From Mobula hypostoma (taxonomy: Eukaryota): 64,000 nt of DNA. The position numbers were made by a program, and so were the translations under genes. The notes beneath the pieces were generated by a model. It made no database searches and was not told where the DNA came from. It was given only the letters and a program-made list of their open reading frames with translations. This document shows positions 59,801 through 64,000 of the stretch, one piece after another. Position 1 is the first letter of the stretch; each line of letters starts with the position of its first letter. The DNA lies in assembly GCF_963921235.1 (NCBI RefSeq), contig NC_086097.1, forward strand, positions 43,278,001 through 43,342,000, in the 5' to 3' direction.

Positions 59801-62245
59801 CATTCCTGAAGGGAGATGATTGCTGCTGCTTTCCTGCAAGAGCGCTCCATGTAGATGTGCGAAGTAATGGGAAGGATTTTACCCCTTGATGGACTGGGCC
59901 ATGGACACTACATTGTGTAGGATTTTCTGTTCAAGGGCATCAGTGTTTCCTTACCAGACCGTGATGAAACCAGTCAGTATACTCTCCACCACACACCTAT
60001 AGAAGTTTGTCATCTGTGTCACCAAGGAACTGCCTAAAGAGTAGGATGGGAAGGATATACAAATGGACACTCAATTTACTGAAGAGGGAGGATCAAGCTT
60101 GAGATAACATCAGAGAGTAGAACAGTTGAGTCATTCTCTAAATTTGGGGTTGGAATTTGAAAAAGCAAAGGCCCTGTCAGTTATGAGTTGAAGGGGAAGT
60201 ATTATAAGCAAATACAAAGACTTTAGTTATGAGAATATGTGTTGGCCCTACAGACTCGCAAGCCTGGCTTCACTATTCAATAAGATCTCGGCCTCTACAC
60301 ACATTACTGCATGTTGCCCAAATCTGTAGACAGATTTTTGGATTATTGGGAATCTTAATCTAGAACATACTCAGACATCCCACCCTGCAAAAACTCATTT
60401 CAGGGAGGTAGCACTATCAATTTGCAGGAGACTTCCGGGAGAGGTGGGATGTCTGCAATAGAGTAGCTCCTTAGCAGCCAGCCAGCTAGTTTAAATAACG
60501 TTAGCTATGCTAATGAACGAATGACACCTGTTAAACTCACCTCAACATGTCTTGTACAGTCTTAACCCACCATGGGCAATAGAAAAGTCACTGTTGCAAA
60601 CAGTGCAGCGAGTAACGCTGTCATTATTTTGACCCCTATTAGGCAGGGGTACACTTTAGGGTAGTCTGAGGTGACGTACGTTTTATTTTTTTTTGGAACA
60701 CTGCCACTCTGACTTTTGTTTTGGAACTCTCTCGCTCTCCCTCTATTGCGTGTGCTCTCTCGCTCGTGGTCGCTCTCACTCGCGCTTGCTTTCTCACTCT
60801 CACGCATGCTCTCTCTCTCTTGTGGTCGCTCTCACCCGCGCTCGCTCTCTCGCGCTTGCTTTCTTGTTCTCTTGTGGTCGCTCTTGCGCACGTGCTCTCT
60901 TGCTCGCGCTCGCTCTCTCACGCTTGCTTTCTTGCTCTTGTGCTCACTCTCTTGCTCTCTCTTGCGTGTTCTCTCTCGCTTGCTCTCAAAAAATTCAATT
61001 TCCGGGACATTGTATATAATTTGCGGGCGTCAGGGAGCCACTATTAATATGCCGGAGACTCCCGGAACTTCCGGGAGAGGTGGGATGTCTGCATACTCAA
61101 TGACACAACCTTATCCTAAGACAACTCTGAACCTTAAATTTGAATTGTCTGAAATGCAACTATCTCTCTTCTTAAATATGGAGACCAGGTCTGTACACAG
61201 TACAGTACTTTAGATACAGGATCACCAACACCCTGAACAGTTGTAACATTGTTCCCAATCACAAGTGCAGCAGCAGTGTGTAAAAGTTTCTGTAATATGG
61301 AAGTATTTAGGCAGGAGGACAGAGAAGTTTAAAGTAATATTTCAAAAGTCAGCTGTCCAGTGGCTCAGAAATCCTGCTGTCTGGCCATCTGTTTCACCAG
61401 GTAATGTTTGCCATGCTCCTTTTCAACTCACTGGAGCCCTATTTCCCACATTTCCTTCCCACTCTCAGGGATGCAGTTCCCATGCTCCCTCTAATAAAAC
61501 AGGGCCACAGTTCCAGCACTGTCTTTCCATTCCCCAAGGCCCAGTTTCCACACTTCCTTTAATATTCCAGGATCCTGCATCCTGAACTACTAATCTCACC
61601 ATGTTCCTGCACTCCCTTTCACCTTCACTGTTTCACTCAAATATATTTTCAAACTATAACATATAAAGCATTTCAATGAAAATAAATAACATCAATAGTA
61701 GCTCCCACTGCACCAGATTGTTTTACTGTAGTCTATTACAGAGAATGCAGTCTTGATGCTTAGAGAAGAGAATGAACTTGGATTCTCAGATGGAAAGGTG
61801 ACCAATCACTTAAAAGTTGCAATAGAGTGGGCATAGCAACTGCATATGTGAAAGCAAATTAGTTTCGTAATCCTGACTTCCAGAAATCTTGAAAAATTTA
61901 AATCCTGGAATTCAGTGCTAGGGTTAAGACTGAGGCATTGGATTGTATTGGTGAAAGAAAGGTAATGAGAACACACTAAGCAAATTGTATTAGAAATATT
62001 GTCTTATTGGAAAATGCTGATATGAACTGGTATAAATATGTACGTCTCTTTAATACTGTAAAAGATTCATCATATAGACCATAGCAATTTTAAAATACAG
62101 TGAAAACAAAATTCATTACTTAATTATTACTTCTCTCCTGTAGCCTACAGCCACTATTTCCTGGTTCTAATGAAGTTGATCAAATTGCAAAAATCCATGA
62201 AGTTGTTGGTACTCCAAAATCTGAAACTCTGAGAAAGTTCAAACA
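11846..62245 (+). CDS. MOK: MAPK/MAK/MRK overlapping kinase, spliced CDS exons 1-8 (3'-partial, continues beyond window)
   Basis: join(11846..11852,12090..12204,31086..31175,39952..40022,44200..44278,45768..45816,55301..55479,62144..62245) is one open 692-nt frame: [230 protein letters not shown]. Glycine-rich loop, Ax[15 protein letters not shown] and APE are all present. Sequence and exon sizes match my recollection of vertebrate MOK. All introns are GT-AG. Confidence 0.96.
12090..12204 (+). CDS. MOK: MOK coding exon 2 (glycine-rich loop, AxK lysine)
   Basis: tttttctccccaag|ACTACCGC...GAAAG|gtaaat; encodes (D)[37 protein letters not shown](S). Confidence 0.96.
13352..14636 (-). mobile_element. 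Rex/Babar-type LINE, 5'-truncated
   Basis: [43 protein letters not shown] plus upstream RT; tail tgaattgaattgactttatt; same family as 40718-41522. Confidence 0.88.
14780..15293 (-). mobile_element. L1 3' end, 5'-truncated
   Basis: Minus-strand [34 protein letters not shown]; poly(A) signal seen as tttatt with a T-rich run at the left end; lies in a CT/CA microsatellite. Confidence 0.7.
16055..18072. mobile_element. Tigger/pogo-like non-autonomous DNA element, interrupted by a Penelope insertion
   Basis: TA + CAGTGGATTCCAGTTAGTCGGGACA at the left end; complementary subterminal motif gtcccgattaacc at about 18045 (right end eroded). Confidence 0.55.
16756..18004 (-). mobile_element. Penelope-like retroelement (GIY-YIG endonuclease region and 3' repeat), CpG-rich and young
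   Basis: ORF 17288..18058: [60 protein letters not shown], a VIY..YIG GIY-YIG signature; hammerhead motif at 16818-16853. Confidence 0.92.
19115..22914 (-). pseudogene. L1 ORF2p (APE endonuclease, RT, Cys-rich C-terminus), disrupted
   Basis: [92 protein letters not shown]. Broken into at least 6 ORFs. Confidence 0.93.
23350..24340 (-). pseudogene. L1 ORF1p (coiled coil, RRM, CTD), disrupted
   Basis: [64 protein letters not shown]; split over ORFs 23649..24239 and 23407..23613. Confidence 0.9.
26431..27750 (-). mobile_element. Tc1-like DNA transposon relic, with a small Penelope-tail insert at about 26610-26730
   Basis: Terminal motif tactgtaaaaagtattcacccc with an inner repeat at about 26746; transposase [36 protein letters not shown]. 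Confidence 0.85.
27775..28590 (+). mobile_element. Rex/Babar-type LINE 3' part
   Basis: [21 protein letters not shown].., 3' UTR atgaatctcagggttgtatatggtgac. Confidence 0.8.
28762..29097 (+). mobile_element. tRNA-derived SINE
   Basis: A box tagtgtagcgg, B box ggttcaattc (28816-28825), LINE-like tail catttcactgtatatttcaatgtgcatgtgacaagtaaagctaatc. Confidence 0.75.
29650..30220 (-). mobile_element. CR1 3' end
   Basis: ORF 29863..30219 [36 protein letters not shown] plus tail. Confidence 0.88.
30455..30873 (+). mobile_element. Non-autonomous retroelement with RTE-like motif and (TGA)n tail
   Basis: gaaggcagcaatggcaaac..tttgccaaaaa resembles the motif shared by RTE-mobilised SINEs; ends taatgatgatga. 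Confidence 0.5.
31086..31175 (+). CDS. MOK: MOK coding exon 3 (alphaC helix)
   Basis: aattag|CTTAGAGG...GCTTT|gtaagt; encodes [29 protein letters not shown](F). Confidence 0.94.
31575..32050. mobile_element. Penelope-like terminal repeat with inverted 5' copy
   Basis: About 31613-31675 (caaaatgctggaggaactcggcaggccaggcagcatctat) is the reverse complement of about 31983-32045. Confidence 0.8.
32860..35080 (+). mobile_element. Old Penelope-like relic (RT to tail), interrupted by a CR1
   Basis: Fragments resembling LAELVx[24 protein letters not shown], IPFTxFL; eroded tail at about 34945-35070. Confidence 0.6.
33735..34210 (-). mobile_element. CR1 3' end
   Basis: ORF 33817..34098 [40 protein letters not shown]. 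Confidence 0.85.
35392..35965 (-). mobile_element. Rex/Babar-type LINE 3' end
   Basis: [21 protein letters not shown]..; tail cagaatcagtatcagg. Confidence 0.8.
36428..37265 (+). mobile_element. Penelope-like element, GIY-YIG region and 3' repeat (degenerate)
   Basis: [49 protein letters not shown]; homologous to 16756-18004. Confidence 0.85.
37266..38245 (+). mobile_element. Unclassified non-coding retroelement with SINE-shared 3' tail
   Basis: Starts caagatgg, has internal degenerate agtcc.gagg repeats, and its 3' end resembles 28990-29097. Confidence 0.45.
38855..39440 (+). mobile_element. Rex/Babar-type RT fragment
   Basis: [49 protein letters not shown]. Confidence 0.85.
39952..40022 (+). 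CDS. MOK: MOK coding exon 4 (hinge)
   Basis: Long polypyrimidine tract, ccag|TGATAAA...CAAG|gtcagc; encodes [23 protein letters not shown](G). Confidence 0.96.
40293..40574 (+). mobile_element. Internal Penelope-like fragment, close to the 16.8-18.0 kb copy
   Basis: [68 protein letters not shown]; ends in poly-C. Confidence 0.88.
40718..41522 (-). mobile_element. Rex/Babar-type LINE 3' part
   Basis: [37 protein letters not shown]; near-copy of 13352-14140. Confidence 0.88.
41886..42911 (-). mobile_element. CR1, 5'-truncated, relatively young
   Basis: [31 protein letters not shown]; 183-aa ORF 41981..42532; (CTATGTTT)n tail seen as aaacatagaaacatag. Confidence 0.92.
44200..44278 (+). CDS. 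MOK: MOK coding exon 5
   Basis: ttacag|GGCGAAGG...CACAG|gtaagt; encodes [25 protein letters not shown](R). Confidence 0.96.
45368..45717 (+). mobile_element. L1 3' end, 5'-truncated, sense to MOK
   Basis: [41 protein letters not shown] at 45700-45705 and an A tail. Confidence 0.75.
45768..45816 (+). CDS. MOK: MOK coding exon 6 (catalytic loop)
   Basis: atacag|AAATGG...ATTAAG|gtatgt; encodes [16 protein letters not shown]. Confidence 0.96.
46245..46985 (-). mobile_element. Penelope-like 3' region with short inverted tail copy
   Basis: Minus-strand tail with hammerhead-like motif at about 46310-46345; plus-strand ttctagcattttgtgtgtgttgct at about 46955-46980. Confidence 0.75.
47183..48669 (-). 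mobile_element. Tc1-like DNA transposon with long TIRs (left TIR truncated)
   Basis: 47185-47310 is the inverted copy of about 48470-48585; right end ..caccactg + TA; transposase [46 protein letters not shown]. Confidence 0.9.
51000..51680 (+). mobile_element. Old CR1 fragment hosting the hammerhead array
   Basis: [11 protein letters not shown] region on the left; gcaaata[caatacca]ctgttcaagaaaggagg..ataggccggttagtct is continuous across the insertion. Confidence 0.75.
51253..51616 (+). ncRNA. Tandem array (3 x 120 nt) of minimal type I hammerhead ribozyme units; retrozyme or Penelope pLTR-like insertion
   Basis: Cores (C/T)TGATGA at 51261, 51381 and 51501; GAAACGTC at 51287, 51407 and 51527; a stem II between them; 8-bp TSD CAATACCA at 51245-51252 and 51617-51624. 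Confidence 0.8.
51895..52797 (+). mobile_element. CR1 3' part
   Basis: [24 protein letters not shown]..; [19 protein letters not shown]; tail tatcttatggtcttat. Confidence 0.88.
52800..53745 (-). mobile_element. CR1 internal fragment
   Basis: [32 protein letters not shown]. Confidence 0.85.
53760..54680 (+). mobile_element. CR1 relic with large internal deletion
   Basis: Endonuclease region ([28 protein letters not shown]) joined directly to the 3' end and tail gggccgaatggcct. Confidence 0.8.
55301..55479 (+). CDS. MOK: MOK coding exon 7 (DFG, TEY activation loop, APE)
   Basis: ttgcag|CAAAAC...ACCAG|gtgact; encodes [59 protein letters not shown](S); overlaps ORF 55295..55483. Confidence 0.97.
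56305..56785 (-). mobile_element. Rex/Babar-type 3' end (similar copies at 57315-57930 + and 59395-60012 -)
   Basis: [40 protein letters not shown]. Confidence 0.8.
58000..59380 (+). mobile_element. RTE-like LINE relic interrupted by a minus-strand CR1 (about 58310-58945)
   Basis: SAYVPTL and [12 protein letters not shown] (RTE-type endonuclease motifs) on the left; eroded RTE-like C-terminus on the right; the CR1 gives [26 protein letters not shown]. Confidence 0.6.
60372..61091. mobile_element. Non-autonomous DNA transposon (MITE-like), 13-bp TIR, 6-bp TSD
   Basis: CAGACATCCCACC...GGTGGGATGTCTG flanked by CATACT at 60366-60371 and 61092-61097. Confidence 0.88.
60727..60987 (+). repeat. 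CT/CG-rich low-complexity repeat inside the MITE
   Basis: Variant units such as ctctctcgctcgtggtcgctctc and cgcttgctttct. Confidence 0.9.
62144..62245 (+). CDS. MOK: MOK coding exon 8
   Basis: ctctcctgtag|CCTACAG...AAACA|gtaagt; encodes [33 protein letters not shown]. Confidence 0.95.
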
Positions 62246-62541
62246 GTAAGTACATCCAAAATTACAATAAAATTAATATCTATGAAGTTTATATCAGGAC
62301 TATTTTCTGCTAATGAGCTTTAATGTCTGCATGATGCACAAACCCGGAGAGACAATAAATGCATGGCCCATATTTTTAACTTTGGGCATCAAAATTTTTC
62401 AACACTGCATAGTGTCTCCTCCTGATAACTTGTTTGAGAGCTAGAAATCATTTCATAACTATATCAACTGTGAACATGAAATTGTGTCATAATGGTACAG
62501 TATTATGGGTCTTCTAACATCCTAATGGGAAATTGCAAGTA

Positions 62542-63110
62542 CAAGTTCAGTATCCCTTATCCAAAATGATTTTTCAGATTTTGGAATATATTATGAGCTT
62601 GGGATCACCATCATTTCCTACTCAGAACTTCTGTGCTACCGGTAAGCAGTCTTTGTCTTACACTTGTTCATTACACATATTTATTAATGCAGCCAGTCAG
62701 CGTGTTAGACTTTCATCAGCAATGATCATGGCAAATTTATCAATAAATTTCACTGCTGCTTCTTGATCAGCAGTCACATTATCATCATAAATATTTAAAA
62801 ATATAATGCCATGCCTTTTCTTAAATTTCTGCAACTAACCTTATGAATTTTCTCAATTATCTTCAATTTTCAGTTTGGTGATAGTTTTTTGCTTGTTTCA
62901 TGATCAGCATACCATTAAGCAGCACATGTTCACTCCAGTGCTGGTGGATCCACTCTTTCAATACGCTATCAAGATCTTCATTCATCATTTCATACAGTGT
63001 TTTTCTATTTTCCATTAAATTTTGTTCATTACATATGTGAGGTCACTTCCCTAAAACTTTATATCTACATCAACTTCACGTTCAAGCTTTATGCATTTAT
63101 CAAATAATAA
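62542..63110 (-). mobile_element. Tigger (pogo/CENP-B-like) transposon relic
   Basis: TA + caagttcagtatcccttatccaaaatg (Tigger4/Zombi-like terminus as I recall it); minus-strand G*LQKFKKRHGI..ADQEAAVKFIDKF transposase HTH fragment. Confidence 0.75.
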
Positions 63111-63329
63111 TTTAAATCCACCGTCGTGATTCACATAGACACAGTTAAAGAGATATGCAATAAGTCATAGAAAAATACAGCATAGAGAGAGAGGCCCTTC
63201 AACCCATCTAGTCCATGCTGAACCATTGAAACTGCCTACTCCCATCGATCTGCACTGGGACCATAGCCCTCAACATCTCTAATGTCCGTGTATCTATCTA
63301 AACTTCTCTTAAATCTCTTATCTCCTTTA

Positions 63330-64000
63330 CCATAGCTTGGAGAGGGATAGGAACAGACAAGTTAGGAAAGCATTTAATTGGAATAAGGGGAAATATGAAG
63401 CTATCAGACAGGAACTTGGAAGCATAAATTGGGAACAGATGTTCTCAGGGAAATGTATGGCAGAAATGTGGCAAATGTTCAAGGGATGCTTGCGTGGTGT
63501 TCTGCAAAGGTATTTTCCAATGAGACAGGGAAAGGATGGTGGGGTACAGGAACCATGATGTACAAAGGCTGTTGTAAACCTAGTCAAGAAGAAAAGAAAA
63601 GCTTATGAAAGGTTCAAAAAACTAGATAATGATAGGGATCTACAAGATTATAAGGCTAGCAGGAAGGAGCTTAAGAATGAAATTAGAAGAGTCAGAAGGG
63701 CCATGAGAAGGCCTTGGCGAGCAGGATTAAAGAAAACTCCAAGGCATTCTACAAGTATGTGAAGAGCAAAAGGATAAGACATGAGAGAATAGGACCAATT
63801 AAGTGTGACAGTGGAAAAGTGTGTATGGAACCGGAGGAGATAGCTGAGGTACTTAATGAATACTTTGCTTCAGTATTCACTACGGAAAAGGATCTTGGCG
63901 ATTGTAGGGATGACTTACAGCAGATTGAAAAGCTTGAGCATATAGACATTAAGAAAGAGGATGTGCTGGAGCTTTTGAAAAGCATCAAGTTGGATAAGTC
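63330..64000 (+). mobile_element. CR1 ORF2 internal fragment, running off the window
   Basis: [42 protein letters not shown]. Confidence 0.88.

Noticed and set aside
60562..61213. Several 80-165 aa ORFs rich in Leu, Ser, Arg and Ala
   Set aside because: Produced by the CT/CG low-complexity repeat inside the MITE.

Overview
Eukaryotic, CpG-depleted, transposon-dense vertebrate DNA. The repeat content (CR1, Rex/Babar, Penelope-like, L1, RTE, Tc1, Tigger, tRNA-derived SINEs) suggests a cartilaginous fish such as a ray or shark; this is inference. The only host gene I can support is MOK (MAPK/MAK/MRK-overlapping kinase) on the + strand. It has a CpG-island promoter at about 11.6-12.0 kb and coding exons 1-8 (7, 115, 90, 71, 79, 49, 179 and 102 nt, all GT-AG). 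These splice into one open 692-nt frame covering most of the kinase domain, and the gene continues past the window. Most ORFs in the supplied track are transposon fragments or their antisense shadows. The most interesting non-genic object is a 364-bp insertion in MOK intron 6 (51253-51616, sense strand). It consists of three exact-period 120-nt units, each carrying a minimal type I hammerhead ribozyme motif, and it is flanked by an 8-bp target-site duplication inside a CR1 relic, so it looks like a retrozyme or a tandem Penelope terminal repeat. A second hammerhead family sits in the dispersed Penelope-like tails. Other notable items are a full-length L1 with a 12-bp TSD nested in a CR1, a CpG-rich MITE with a 6-bp TSD and a duplicated terminus, and RFX/X-box-like motifs in the MOK promoter. 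Boundaries of old repeats are approximate, and family names come from recalled motifs, not database searches.
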